This document shows positions 50,205-62,618 of a stretch of DNA of 64,000 bases, piece by piece. Location: contig CAWJPJ010000004.1 of the NCBI GenBank assembly GCA_963844715.1, positions 64,001-128,000 on the forward strand. Reading direction: 5' to 3'. Origin of the DNA: an uncultured Phycisphaerales bacterium (GTDB taxonomy: Bacteria > Planctomycetota > Phycisphaerae > Tepidisphaerales > Tepidisphaeraceae). Position numbers and translations under genes: made by a program. Numbering within the stretch: the first letter of the stretch is position 1; each line of letters starts with the position of its first letter. A model generated the notes under the pieces. It saw only the letters and a list, made by a program, of their open reading frames with translations, had not been told where the DNA came from and did not search any database.

Positions 50205-52292
50205 TTAGCGTCCCGGCTTGGGGAGCTTTCCGAGGCGGAGGGCTCGGGACATCATGGCGTTTTGGGTGTCGATGATGGGGCCTTTTTCGGGTGGGGGGAG
50301 GCGTAGCCAGGCGCCGTCGGGATTTAGCTCCCAGGCGTGTGAGCGGTCCGCGCGCATGACGTCTAGAATTTCGCGCAAGCGTTCGCGGAGGGCGGGCTCT
50401 TCGATGGGCGCGATGGACTCTACGCGCCAATCCAGATTGCGGTTCATCCAATCTGCTGAGCCGATGTAGAACTCCTCGTTTCCGCCGTTGAGGAAGTGAT
50501 AGATGCGCGAGTGCTCGAGGAAACGGCCGAGGATGCTGGTGATGTGGATGTTTTCGCTCATCCCGGCGACTCCCGGGCGCAGGCAGCAGAAACCGCGGAC
50601 GAATAATTCGATTTTTACTCCCGCGCCGACGCGGCGTAGAGATCGTTGATGATTTTGGGGTCCTGAAGGGCGTTCATCTTGGCGGTGATACGGGCTTCGC
50701 GGCCGGCCTTGGCGTGCTCGATCTCCCGCTTGATCTTGGCCTCGAAGCGGTCGCGCATATTGACGGGGGCGACCATCAACTTGTGATAATCGCGCTTCAG
50801 CGATCGGCCGGTGAGGAAATGAAACATCTCGATGATGTCTTCGGTGAGGGCGGCGTTGCAGGTAAAGAGGCCTAGGTCGGTGTAGAGCTGCGCGGTTTTG
50901 GAGTTGTAGTTGCCGGTGCCGATGTGGCAGTAGGTGCGCAAACCATCGGGCTCCTCGCGGACGACCATTGCGAGCTTGGAATGGGTCTTTAGACCCATGA
51001 GGCCGTAAATGACGTGCACTCCGGCGTTTTCGAGCATTTGCGCGAGTTTCACGTTGCGCTGCTCGTCGAAGCGGGCTTTGAGTTCGACGATGACGGCTAC
51101 TTGTTTGCCGGCCTCGGCGGCTTGCATGAGGGAGAGAATGAAGGGCGAATCGGATGCCGTACGGTAGAGCGTCATCTTGATGGCCAGGACTTTGGGGTCG
51201 TGGACGGCGGAGCTGATGAAACGCTCGACGCTGTCGGCAAAGCTTTCGTAGGGGTGATGCACGAGCAAATCGCCGCTACGGATAATCGCGAAGATGTCGG
51301 CGTCTTCGTCGCTGAGGCGCGGGGGGGTTACAGGGGACCAGGGCTTGAATTTCAGTTGGGGCAAATCCAGATCAGCCAGGGCGGCCAAATCCGTCATATC
51401 AATGGGCCCGCTGGTGGGATAGATGTCGGCGGGATCGACTTCGACGCCGCCGATCACGAATTCTCGCATCGCGGGGGACATGGACTGGGCTAGTTCCAAT
51501 CTGACGGCTCGCGCCATCCGGCGGGCGCGGAGTTCCTGCTCGACGAGTTGGAGGAGGTCGTCGGCGTCCTCGGCGTCCATTTCGATATCCGCGTTGCGGG
51601 TGACGCGGAACAGTTGATGCTCGATCACCGTCATTCCGGGGAAGAGGAGCGAAAGATTTCCGCCGACAACCTGCTCGAGCGGGACGAACTGGAATCTTCC
51701 CGGCAGGGGCACCCAGCGCGGGAGATTTTCGGGCAGCTTGATGCGCACGAACAGGCGCTGCTTGCGGACGGGATGCTCGAGCATCACGCCGATCGAATTG
51801 CTTAGGTTGGAAATGAATGGGAATGGATGCGCCGGATCGACCGCGAGGGGGGTAAGGATGGGGAAGACATTTTTTGCGAAATATTGATCGGCGGCCGTGC
51901 GGTCGAGGGGATCGAGGCGCTTCATAGTCGCGAATGTTGACGCCCTCTTTTTCCAGGGCGGGCTTGACGTCTTCGAGCCAGCAGGACGTTTGCGCCTGAA
52001 GCATGGGAAGGAGCTTGGCGTGAATCGCGTCGAGCTGCTGCTGGGGGGATAGACCGTCGATCGAGAGTTCGCTCACTTTGGCTTCGCGCTGCCTTTGCAG
52101 GCCGCCAACGCGCTTCATAAAGAATTCGTCGAGGTTGGCGGAGAAGATGGCCAGGAAGCGGGCTCTTTCGAGCAGGGGGAGGGACTTGTCGAGGGCCAGT
52201 TCGAGGACGCGCAAATTGAAGTCGAGCCAGCTCAATTCGCGATTGAGAAACGGGGCCTGCGTGGTGGAGGTCGATGAAGTGGATTGGTGCAT
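50205..52292 (-). CDS. ppk1: Polyphosphate kinase 1 (two frameshifts)
   Basis: [70 protein letters not shown]. Confidence 0.95.
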
Positions 52293-52790
52293 GCGCGAAT
52301 TAGCCGCCAGAGTTATGTGTGCCACGAATCCGCAAAAAAGCCAACGGACAGCCATCCGTTGGCTTTATTCCGACTCATACTCTCCCATACCCGATTGGGA
52401 GTATCCCAGACGCGCTCGAAAAGGGGGAAGGTCTCGCTGTAAAACTTAACAATTGAGGGAATTACGCTGGATCGCGTGGGGCGGGGGGTAAAAATTCGAG
52501 GCGAATAACCCCGACCGACATATGAGCCGGAGAGAGTTATTCGCCTCCATATCTCGCATTTCGCGGTCGGTTGGGACGGCGAGGGCGATTATCGTTTTCT
52601 GCGGTCTCGGCGGGCTTTCCGCTTTTTACTGCCGATCTTTCTGCGGCGGCGTGGCTTGGACATGGGGTAGACTCCTTTCTAGTAGGATGAATTTATCGGG
52701 CCTTGGAATTTTAGTCCAGACTTTCGGCACGATCGTTGCTAAACTGTCATGAGACGTAAAAACCAGCCGCAATCCACTTGAGGTTGCGTA

Positions 52791-53087
52791 ATGATTAGGC
52801 TTAATGCGGGTAACGTGCTTCTGAAACCGTCACAGCGGCGTCAATTGAACGCCTGGCTGAAGAGGCCGACACGATTGACCACTCGTCTGGGGGATTGCTC
52901 AGTACGCATCGATTTGCACCGTAGCGGTCACGCGATTGAAATGACCGCCGGGGTGATCACGCATCATGGCAAAACGGCGTTTCGGGCCCGCGAGAGCGAT
53001 TGGCGTTCGGCGGCGCATCGGATTGTGCGGATGCTGACTGTTTATTTGCATGATCTGACGCTGCGGTCGGCTATGCTGGCGTATTGA
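52791..53087 (+). CDS. Small hypothetical protein, possibly HPF/RaiA-like fold
   Basis: GAGG RBS; 98 aa with a beta-alpha-beta-beta-beta-alpha pattern; the fold call is a guess. Confidence 0.5.
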   Translation: MIRLNAGNVLLKPSQRRQLNAWLKRPTRLTTRLGDCSVRIDLHRSGHAIEMTAGVITHHGKTAFRARESDWRSAAHRIVRMLTVYLHDLTLRSAMLAY

Positions 53088-53262
53088 TCTAATCCTTGAT
53101 GGTGGGGGGTTTGTTGGGGTGGGGTGGGGATCGCGGTGCTGCGCACCGCCGCTAAATTGTCGGATGATTGAGAATTGGATCTTTACACGGGGCTTGGCGC
53201 GGTTGCGGGGTGAGTTGCGGCGTGTCATTATACGGGCCTGAGGCTTCGCCCTTTCGGCCTGC

Positions 53263-54840
53263 ATGGCGCAATCCAACCCTTTACGCTCCGCGACACTTCT
53301 GCCGGGTTCTCGCGATTCTGCCAGGTCGTGGGTTTGGCTTAGTTTGATCCTGGCTGTTGGGGGCTTTTTCCGGTTTTACGATATTGGGGGGCCTAGTCTT
53401 TGGATGGATGAGATCTGGTCCATCGAAATCTCGACGGGGCGGGGGTCGATGCATGACACGTTGCCGACGGGGGTGGTTCAGACTGAGCAAGTCGATTTGA
53501 CCTCGCTGGCGGGGGCGCCGCCCTGGTGGAAGGTTTGGACGACGTTAACGCTGGTGATTCATCCGCCGCTTTACCATATTGCGCTGCGGTGGTGGATGGA
53601 CGGGTTTGGGAATTCCGCGGCGGCTGTGCGGTCGCTTTCGGCGATTTTTTCGCTGGCGGGGCTGGTTGTCTTCTATGACGTCTGCCGGCTGCTTCATGGC
53701 AAATCAACCGCGCTGTGGGCGACGGGCTTGGCGTCGTTTTCGGTCGCTCAATTGGAGTTTGCCCAGGAGGCTCGGAGTTATCCGATGCTTATTCTTCTGG
53801 GGTTGCTGGCTTGCGACGTGATGGTGCGGATCGAGCAGCGGGGGGCGAGTGGTTGGCGGGTTTTGGGTCTGGGTATATTCGTGGCCGCCGGGGAATTAAC
53901 GCACTACTTCGCGGCGCCGGGAATCGCGGCTTTGGCGATTTATGCGATTCTGCGATTGCGCGGGCGCGATCTGGTTCGGACGCTCATCGCATTTGTTGCC
54001 GGCGGAATTTTTGTGGCGGTCGTATGGGGCCCGCGATTGCTCGAGCAGCTTCATGCGATGCCGTCGTTCAAGCCTCTGTTCCTTCAGAATAATGCCCCGG
54101 CGCCGGCGCTGGTGACTTTGCGGCTTCTGCTGCAATTGCCGGGGAAATTCCTTTGCGGGGACATTTTTTTCACCCTTCATCCTCAGGCGTCGCTGGTCGC
54201 GGCGGTAATCGCGGGGGTGATCGTCATTCCTCTTCCGGTCATATACCTGCTCATGCGGCGGCGGGATATGCTCCTGTGGGTGGTATGGCTCGGGACGATC
54301 GTGGGATTTTTTGTTTGCACTGATCTCTTGCGCCGCTCGGTTTATTTACAGTATTTGCGGTATCCGATTCTGGCGAGTCCGGCTGTTTATGCGATGATCG
54401 CCGGGGCGCGGAAGCCGGTGGCGATGGTTGCGCTGGCGGGGTGCCTGTATCTGGCGGTCACCCGCGCGATCGTGGGGGTTCCGGCGAAGGGGGACTGGCG
54501 GCAGCTTTCTGAAGTCCTCGAAACTTATGTTCCGCAGGATCAGGTTCTGGCGGTGTATTACGCGGATCCGTTCGTGTCGCCGGGGTTGTGGTACATGGCG
54601 CAAGCGTTACTATCAGCCGGAGTCGAACCGGCCGTGGCTGCTCCTGCGACTCCCCGGCTGATGAGAAACTTCGGGCGGATTTGCGTGCGCGGGGCACGGT
54701 TTGGCTTGAAGTTGCCGAGGGGGGACCGATTGTGCGGGAAATCCTGCCGGGGTGGCGAATTGCGGAGGAACTGGATACTCCGATCAGCATCATCTATCGA
54801 CTGGTTCCGGAAAGCCCGACCACTTCGCGCCCGTGAATAA
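53263..54840 (+). CDS. GT39/ArnT-like (GT-C) membrane glycosyltransferase, paralogue 1
   Basis: SLWMDEIWS, HPPLY, RSLSAIF, AQEARSY, THYF; frameshift near the 3' end. Confidence 0.85.
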   Translation: MAQSNPLRSATLLPGSRDSARSWVWLSLILAVGGFFRFYDIGGPSLWMDEIWSIEISTGRGSMHDTLPTGVVQTEQVDLTSLAGAPPWWKVWTTLTLVIHPPLYHIALRWWMDGFGNSAAAVRSLSAIFSLAGLVVFYDVCRLLHGKSTALWATGLASFSVAQLEFAQEARSYPMLILLGLLACDVMVRIEQRGASGWRVLGLGIFVAAGELTHYFAAPGIAALAIYAILRLRGRDLVRTLIAFVAGGIFVAVVWGPRLLEQLHAMPSFKPLFLQNNAPAPALVTLRLLLQLPGKFLCGDIFFTLHPQASLVAAVIAGVIVIPLPVIYLLMRRRDMLLWVVWLGTIVGFFVCTDLLRRSVYLQYLRYPILASPAVYAMIAGARKPVAMVALAGCLYLAVTRAIVGVPAKGDWRQLSEVLETYVPQDQVLAVYYADPFVSPGLWYMAQALLSAGVEPAVAAPATPRLMRNFGRICVRGARFGLKLPRGDRLCGKSCRGGELRRNWILRSASSIDWFRKARPLRARE

Positions 54841-54843
54841 TCA

Positions 54844-56392
54844 ATGAAGCGCCGCGACGCCATTATTCTTGTGGTTATTCTTATCGCGGGCGCTTTGCTG
54901 CGTTTTTCGAATCTTACTCACAGTAGTCTTTGGATGGACGAAATCTGGTCGATTGAAATCGCCTGCGGGCGGGGGCACGCGCACGATCAGCTTGCCGAGG
55001 GGATTATTCGCACGGATCAGATCGATCTGACGACGCTGGATAGCGCTCGCCGTGGTGGCGAGTTTGGTCGGCGGGTTCGGATTACACGTATCCGCCGCTT
55101 TATCCGGTGGTTTTGCGGGGTTGGATGAATCTTTTTGGGAACTCCGCGGGGGCGACCCGGGGTCTGTCGGCGATCTTCTCTGTTGTTGCGGTGCTGGTTT
55201 TTTTTGATCTGCTACGGGTGTTACAGGGAACTAAAGTCGCGCTTTTTGGGGCCGCGATCATGGCTTTGGCGGGCGCAGATTGACGCGGGGCAGGAGGCTC
55301 GTTGTTACGCGATGCTTTTGCTGGTGGTGATTGCTTCTGCTGATGCGCTGGTGCGGATTGAGAAATTGGGGACTTCGTGGCGGCGTCTTGCCGCGATGGG
55401 TGTATGCCTTCTTGCGGCGCTCTTCACGCATTATCTGTCGGCTCTCGTCGCGATTGCGTTCGCCGGTTATTCGCTAATCCGATTGCGTGGCAGTGCGCAA
55501 GAAAACTGTTGTCACAGTACTGGCAGGGGGCGCTCTTTTCATCGCGATTTGGGGCGATGCTCTTGTGTGGCAGGCGCGACATCTGCCGGGGGCGACGCCG
55601 GCGTTTTTGCGGGAGGCGAATTTGGATCGTCATGTGGAGTTGACGTTGCGGAGGGCCGCGGGTTTGCCGGGGGAATATCTCTTGGGGGAAACGGCTGCCG
55701 AGGAAATTTTCCGACAGCGCACGCCGATCGATCAGTTTCTGACTATCGTGTTGCTTGGGCTTGCCGTAATGACTGTTTTGCTGGCTTGGGTGCGGCTGCG
55801 GAAGCGCCGCGATTTACTGATTTGGATGTTGTGGATTGCTGCGACGCTTTACGTCATCGTCGCGGCGGATTTGGTTTTGAGTACCACGATGACCGGTTAT
55901 ATCCGGTATACGATTCTGGCCAGTCCGTGCATTTATGCGATCATCGCGGGTTGGAATTGGCCGGATAGAAAATTTTTGCGCTACGGCTTGGTGTTCGCTG
56001 TCGTTGCGGCGTTGATCATTTCCGCCGTTCATCGCGGGATTAATCCGGCTGAACCCAAGGAGGACTGGCGGGAAGCCGCTGCGCAGTTGGATTCGTCGGC
56101 ACGAAAAAACGATTTGATCGTTTTCTTCAATCAAGACCCTTGGGTTGCGCCGGGGATTTGGTACATGTGCCTGCGGTATTATTCGCCGAGCGGCGAGCGT
56201 CCCTGGCTGCTTTTGCGCGGTCAGCCGGATGAAAACTTGCGGCGGGAAATTGACGGGCGGAGTTCTCTTTGGCTGGTTGGCATTCACGCGGAGGAGACGG
56301 CGGAACTGCTTCTGCCGGGCTGGCGAGCGGAGAACGTTGTCCACGTATCGCCGGACGTCAGCATTTGCCAGATGTACAAAAGCAATGATTGA
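54844..56392 (+). CDS. GT39/ArnT-like glycosyltransferase, paralogue 2 (frameshifts)
   Basis: SLWMDEIWS, YPPLY, GQEARCY, THYL, RYTILASP, KEDWR. Confidence 0.82.
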
Positions 56393-57899
56393 CTCGCCCA
56401 TACGCAGTCGCGCGGTCTGGCTCCTTTTGCCGATTCTGATGGTCGGCGCGTTTCTGCGATTTAATGGGATCGGGCGGACTAGTCTTTGGATGGACGAAAT
56501 CTGGTCCATTGAGATTTCCACCGGGCGCGGATCGGAGCACGATCTTCTGCCGGTGGGGGAGGTCCAAACTCGGCAGATCGAGCTGACTAGTTTAAGCGGC
56601 GATCGCCCGTGGTGGGATATCTGGACGTCAATGCGAGGGGTCACGCATCCGCCGTTGTATCACGTGATTTTGCGCTGGTGGATGGATTTGCTCGGGAACG
56701 GGGCGGGCGAGACGCGGGCGCTCTCGGCCGTTTGTTCGCTGGCGTCCGTGTTTGTGCTGTTTGATATTTGTCAGATGCTTTACGGGACGCGGATCGCTCT
56801 TCTTGCGGCGGCGATCATGGCTTTTGCACGGCACAACTCGAATTCGCGCGGGAAACTCGGAGTTATCCGCTTTTGATTTTGTTTTGCCTCGGCGCGGCTG
56901 ACGCGCTGGTGCGAATGGAATACCTCGGTTCGAATCGCCGGCGGTGCGCGGCGCTGGCGTTGTGTCTCGTTGCGGCCGCGCTGACGCACTATTTCGCCGC
57001 CGGGGCGATCGTGGCGTTGGCGCTTTATGCGGCGATTCGCAAAATTCGCAAAGCGGCGACTCCGTTTGCGGCGGCGGCGGTGGGGGGAATCCTTCTTTGG
57101 GGGTGGGAGTTTTTTCGTCAGATTCGTTCTCTGCCGGCCGCGGAACCGGATTTTCTGGTCTCTAGCGATCTTCATCATTCGACCACCGCCGCTCTGGAGA
57201 TGATCGGTTTGTGCGGGCAATGGCTGGTCGGGTCGGCCTACGCCGCGATGCTTCCGGCGGCGGTGATGGTCATTCTTTTGGTGGTGACCATTCTCTGGCC
57301 GCTGGTGCGTCTTCCATGGCGGAAAGATGCGCTGCTGTGGCTTCTGTGGATCGGCGGGACGGCGCTACCGGTGGCCGGGTCAGATCTTTTTCACCACACG
57401 ACTTTCCTGGAGTATCTTCGGTACACGATTCTTGCGAGCCCGGCGGCGTATGCGGCTGCTCGCTTCGATCGACTGGCCGCGCCGGGCTGTCATTCGTGAC
57501 ACGATGGGCTATTGCGCTATGGCGCTGGTCGCGTCGTTCGCGATCGTGCGCATTCATCAAGGTCCGGCCAGCAAGGAAGATTGGCGCGAACTGGCGACGC
57601 GACTGGACCATGACGCCGGGCCGGACGAACTGTTGGTTTTTGTCGGCAACGATCCCTGGGCGACGCCGGGCATGTGGTATATGGGCTTTAAGTATTACGC
57701 TCCGCAATCGAGCCGGCCCTGGATGATTCTCCGGCATACCGCGGACGAGAATATTATGAAACAGTTGAATGCCCGCGACACTCTTTGGGTCATCGGCCTC
57801 TATCCCTCCCTGGACGGGCCCATCCTTCTCCCCGGCTGGCGGCCAACCACTGGCTGGGCGACCACGGCGGGGGCGGCGTTCGAAATGACCCACCCTTGA
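56385..57899 (+). CDS. GT39/ArnT-like glycosyltransferase, paralogue 3 (frameshifts)
   Basis: SLWMDEIWS, HPPLY, ARETRSY, THYF, RYTILASP, KEDWR. Confidence 0.82.
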
Positions 57900-57940
57900 T
57901 ACCGAACATTTCGCCCCGTATCCTCAACCCCCGTTCTTTC

Positions 57941-58012
57941 GCCGAAGTAGCTCAATGGCAGAGCACCGCTTTCGTAAAGCGGGGGTTAAGGGTTCAAATC
58001 CCTTCTTCGGCT
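57941..58012 (+). tRNA. tRNA-Thr(CGT)
   Basis: GCCGAAG TAGCTCAATGGCAGAGC A CCGCT-TTCGTAA-AGCGG ... AAGGGTTCAAATCCCTT CTTCGGC cloverleaf. Confidence 0.95.
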
Positions 58013-58139
58013 TTATCGTAACAAGACGCTGAACGGGGATTTGCGTCACTTATTGGTGGTCGGAAGTGTTGGTTCTGGCTCTGCTATATGGGCTTGGATT
58101 TTCGCCGAGTGGATGCCGCCGCGGTCGATATGGAGATGC

Positions 58140-60631
58140 ATGAACTCAGTTGGTGCACCTTCCCAAGACGGGGCTGGTTTGAAGGCGGGGGCCGGCCGGG
58201 GGCGATTGTCAGCCGGGCGGCTGGCGATGGCGGCGGTGCTTTTTCTGTACACGTTGTGCGTTTTCATTCCCTGGAATCTTCCGCTTCCCGAAAATGAAGT
58301 GGACGCGTCTTGGAACGTCGCGCTGCACTGGGCTCATTTGCATCATGTCGATTTTGGGCACGATCTGGTTTTTCCATATGGGCCGTGGGGATTTGTAAAT
58401 CTGCGATATATGCCCGCGACATTCGGCTGGGTGGTCGCGGCATGGACGGTTTTGAGCGTGGGGGTTTTCTGCACTGCCTGGAAGATCTTCGGCCGACTGA
58501 ACGGGCTCTTAAGCTCGGGCGTGTTAACGGCGATCTTTGTGACGATGGCGGCGGCCCCCGTGACGATGCTTCAGGACGTCCGCATGGCATCAGTCTGCTG
58601 GCTGCTTCTGCTGCTGCATTTCTACTTTGACAATTCGGACTGGGGGGCGGCGAAAATCATCCTGGCCGTGGGAATGGCGTGGGTCTGCCTGATCAAGTTC
58701 TCGATGAGCTTCATGGCGGCGCCGATTTTGTTCGTGGTGAGCCTCGATCAATTATTGCGCCGGCGGGCGCCGTCAATTCTGATCGTTTTCATGGGTGCTT
58801 ACCTGGCACTTTGGATGGTCGCGGGGCAATCGCTTGCGAGTTTGGGAGCGTATCTGTCCCACTCGTGGATTGTCACCGCCGGCTACACCGAGGGAGAAGG
58901 GTTGAGCGGATCGTCCGATCAACTCGAAGTTTGGCTGTACCTGGAGTCCGCGGGCGCGTTGGTGGCGGCGCTGGGCATGATTCATCCGTGGCGCCGGTAT
59001 CGGCGGCGGCAAGCGATCGACGTTCTATGGGAATCGTTGCCCGAGAGCGGCGCGACGATGGATCATCGTAAAAGCCTGCTTGCCGCGGTCGGGGCGATTG
59101 GCGTGCTGCTGGTGTTGTTCAAAGCGGGTTATGTACGGAGCGATACGCACCAAATGATCGCGACAAATTCGCTGTCGCTATTGGGTCTGGCGATTGGCGC
59201 GATCGTTTGGCCGCGCGTGCGGCGGCCGGCGTTCAAGGGTCTAGTCGTCATCCTGTGCGCGGGGGGGCTGGGGGTGGCGTGGAATTCGGACGAAAACCTG
59301 GCGGGAACGTCGCCGCCGAGATTGGCGTGGAACGCCGTTGCCCTGGTTCCGGGATCGATTTCCACGGCGATTGACTGGATGACCGGGGGGAGCGGGCTGG
59401 GCCGGGTCTATGAGAAGCAGCGGGAAATTCTGCCGGAAAGCATGAGGCGCCAAATCGTGGGGACGGTGGATACCTATTCCAGCGGGCAAAAGGCGCTGAT
59501 CGAATCCGATCTTGATTACAACCCGAGGCCGGTGATTCAAAGCTACCTGACATTCACTCCGGAACTGGCGCTTCTGAATGCGCAGTTTTTGGCCGGACCC
59601 AAAGCGCCGGAAAGCATCCTATACGGCTCGTGGCCGATTGACCGGCATTATCCGTCGCAGGAAGACGGGCTGGCGATTCCCGAATTGCTATCGCGATATG
59701 ATTTGATCGACGCCTCGGGACGGCGTTTGGTGCTGCGTCGCGGGGTGTGCCCCGGTCTTATTCTTTGGTGGAACTGGGAAGCGCAACGGCGCGCACAGGT
59801 CAATGGACGACGGTCCCGGCGTCTGACGATCCGGTCTGGGTTGTGTTGCGGGTTGAGTTGACGCCGTGGGGAAGATTCATGCGGGCCGTTTATAAGCTGC
59901 CGGTGATCGGACTGGCGGTGCAAACGGCGTCGGGCCGGGAAATTGAGCGAGTTTTTTTGCGTCGGGAGGGGGAGGCGGGATTCCTGCTCTCGCCGTACCT
60001 TTCCGAATCGGTGGCGATGGGAGCGCTCTACTCGACGCGATGGAAGGAGATCCTCGGCGCGGAACAGGTCTCGCGGATGGCGATCGGTTTGGAGGATACG
60101 TCGGCGAGCGCCGATTTCGAAAGCGATTATTCGATCGAATTCTTCGGGCTGGAATACCCTCACGGAGACGTTTCATCGGCGCCGGGAATGGATCGCTATG
60201 TGAAGTTTCGGCAAATCGCGAGGCAGGTTTCGGTGCTTCATTCGGATGGGGATGTTTATGTCGGCGCCGACGAGGACGGGAAGGTGGTCTTGAAAGCGCC
60301 CGCGGTCAGCCAGCTTTTGATACCGGTGCCCACGGGAGCCAGGACGTTTCGGTTTGGTTTTGGGATGCTTTACGACTCCTATTTGGGCGACAAAAAGACG
60401 GACGGAGCGCAGTTCGGCGTTCTGGCGGTGGATCAATTGAGCGGGACGGTGCATGCCCAACAACTTTTTGCCGGCGCGCTGGATCCGGCCCATCACCCTG
60501 AAGACCGGGGAACGCATGACGTGGAAGTGCAATTACCGGCAACCGGCGCAGCGGGAATCATTTTGCAAACGCTTCGGGGACCGATGCATCAGAACAGCGA
60601 TTCCTACTGGGCGGATTTTGAGTTTCGGTGA
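58140..60631 (+). CDS. Large polytopic membrane protein, probable GT-C-like surface-glycan enzyme (frameshift ~59745)
   Basis: DASW...FGHDLVFPYGPWGF, FKAGYVRSD.H, YNPRPVIQSY, IDRHYP; soluble C-terminal domain. Confidence 0.65.
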
Positions 60632-60713
60632 ATGCGGGGTTAACTGGGGGGCCAGGGTCGGTGACTGGCCCGTGAAGTAAGGAGGGATCGACCCTCTTTT
60701 ATGCCATTGCCGG

Positions 60714-62618
60714 CTAGTCTTTTATATACCACGGCATACCGATGACGATCACGCGCTCGTCCTGGCGGTCTCTGATGGCCGCGCGTAGCCGCGAAGCTCG
60801 GCGGCTGTGGAGGGGGGCGTGCCACCAGTGTTTTTCGAGGATTTCCGGGACGATGACGGCGACGACGCGATCGGGAGATCGGCGTTCGATCGATTCGATG
60901 TGATCGAGGAGCGGCTTGACGAATTCGCGGAAGGGCGTGTTGATCACGTCGAGGGTTGGGGCGGCGATGTGGGCGGCGCGGGCGGGTTCTTCGACAAGTC
61001 TCGACCATTTTTGGCGAAGTTTTGCGGCTTCGTCCTTTGCCTCGTCTCCCTCGAGATTGCTGAGATGGACGGCGATGACGTCGCTCGAGAGGCGCATTGC
61101 GAAGCGCAGAGATTTGGCGGTTAGGCGGTCCCAGCCATGGGTCGGGAGTACTACTATCGGCGGGGCGTTTTCCGTCAGTTGCAGAGGTTCGTCGCACTCG
61201 ATTTGCTTTTCGATGGAAGCATAGTGACGGTGAACGAGCCAGAAGAGGGTGATCAAGAGGGGAATCGCCAGGACGGTGATCCAGCCTCCTTCGGTGAACT
61301 TGGCGGCCAAAATGATGGCCAGGGCAGTTCCGGTGGCGACGGCACCGACGCCGTTGACGGCTAATTTCAGCAATCGCGATGTGGATCGCTGCTTGCGCTG
61401 GCGGCGCCAGTGCATCACCATGCCGGCTTGGGAAAGGGTGAAGGCAAGAAATGCCCCGACGGCAAAGAGGGGGATGAGGCGGTCGGTGATCCCGGCAAAG
61501 GCGGCGAGGAGCACGCCGCTGGCGGAGGCGAGGAATAATACGCCGACGGAATAGACCAATCGGCGGCCGATGGTGGCGAAGGCGCGGGGGAGGAAATCGT
61601 CCTTGGCGATCAAGCGACAAAGGCGGGGGAAGCCGACGAAGGCGGTATTGGCCGAGAGGCATAGAACCAAGAGCACGCAGGCCATGGTTAGGAAATAGAA
61701 CCAGCCTCTTCCGACGACGGCGCTGGTGAGCTGTGAAAGGACGCTTTGGTAGCCGGACTGATTCTGGATGGTCGCGCCGATTTGATAGGCATGACACAGA
61801 TAGGCGATTGCAGCCAGGAGGATTACGAGGATAGTCACGATCAATGTGAGGGTGCGTTGGGCATTTTTGACGGCGGGTTCCTCAAACGCGGTGACGCCAT
61901 TGCTTACGGCCTCGACACCGGTCATCGCGGTGCAGCCGCTGGCGAAGGATCGGAGCAGGATCCAAATTCCGAAGCCGGCTGTGCTGGCGGGAAGCGCCGG
62001 CGGCAACGGCCACGGGGTGGGGATGGCCGCCGGTGAGGAGTGATTTGACAATTCCGATGCCGAGGACTGTGAACATGCTGGCGATGAATAGGTAAGTTGG
62101 CGCCGCGAAGGCGACGCCGGCTTCGCGGGTGCCGCGGAGATTGAGCAGCGTGATCAATGTCAGGATTCCGAGGCAGATCGGGAGAGTGTATGGGTATAGC
62201 CGTGGGACGGCGGAGACGAGCGCGGCAACGCCGGCGGAAATTCCCACGGCGACGGTCAGGACATAATCGACCATTAACGCGGCGGCGGCGAAGAGGCTTG
62301 GCAAGGTACCGAGATTTTCCTTGGCGACGGTGAAGGAACCGCCGTTGACCGGGTAGGCGGCGATGATCTGACGGTAGGAAAAGTAGAGCATGATCAGAAG
62401 GGCGAGAATCGCGGCGGTGATCGGGAGGATGTAATTTAGGCCGAGGGCGCCAGGGGCAGGAGCAGTGTTAGCGCGGCTTCGGGGCCGTATGCGCAGGAAG
62501 ACAAGCCATCGAGGCCGAGCGCGGGCAAGCCGGATAGGATGCTGATCTTGCGCTGTTGTTGCTCACGGGAAGCGAGGCGGCGGCCTAAGAGGAAATCGAG
62601 GATTGGTTTTGCTTGCAT
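60714..62618 (-). CDS. APC family permease (KimA/YdaO-like; frameshifts)
   Basis: LDGLSSCAYGPE, SYRQII.AYP.NGGSF.VAKENLG, DYVLTVAV, GCTAMTGVEAVSNG, LIPLFAVGAF. Confidence 0.88.

Noticed and set aside
58013..60631. Genomic island at tRNA-Thr
   Set aside because: No integrase and no repeat of the tRNA 3' end seen downstream within the window
1734..62618. Many frameshifted genes (actE, ctaD, GT2, GGDEF-EAL, infB, murD, ppk1, GT39s, APC) as pseudogenes or programmed frameshifts
   Set aside because: They hit essential genes, fall in GC runs and leave motifs intact on both sides, which is typical of long-read indel error
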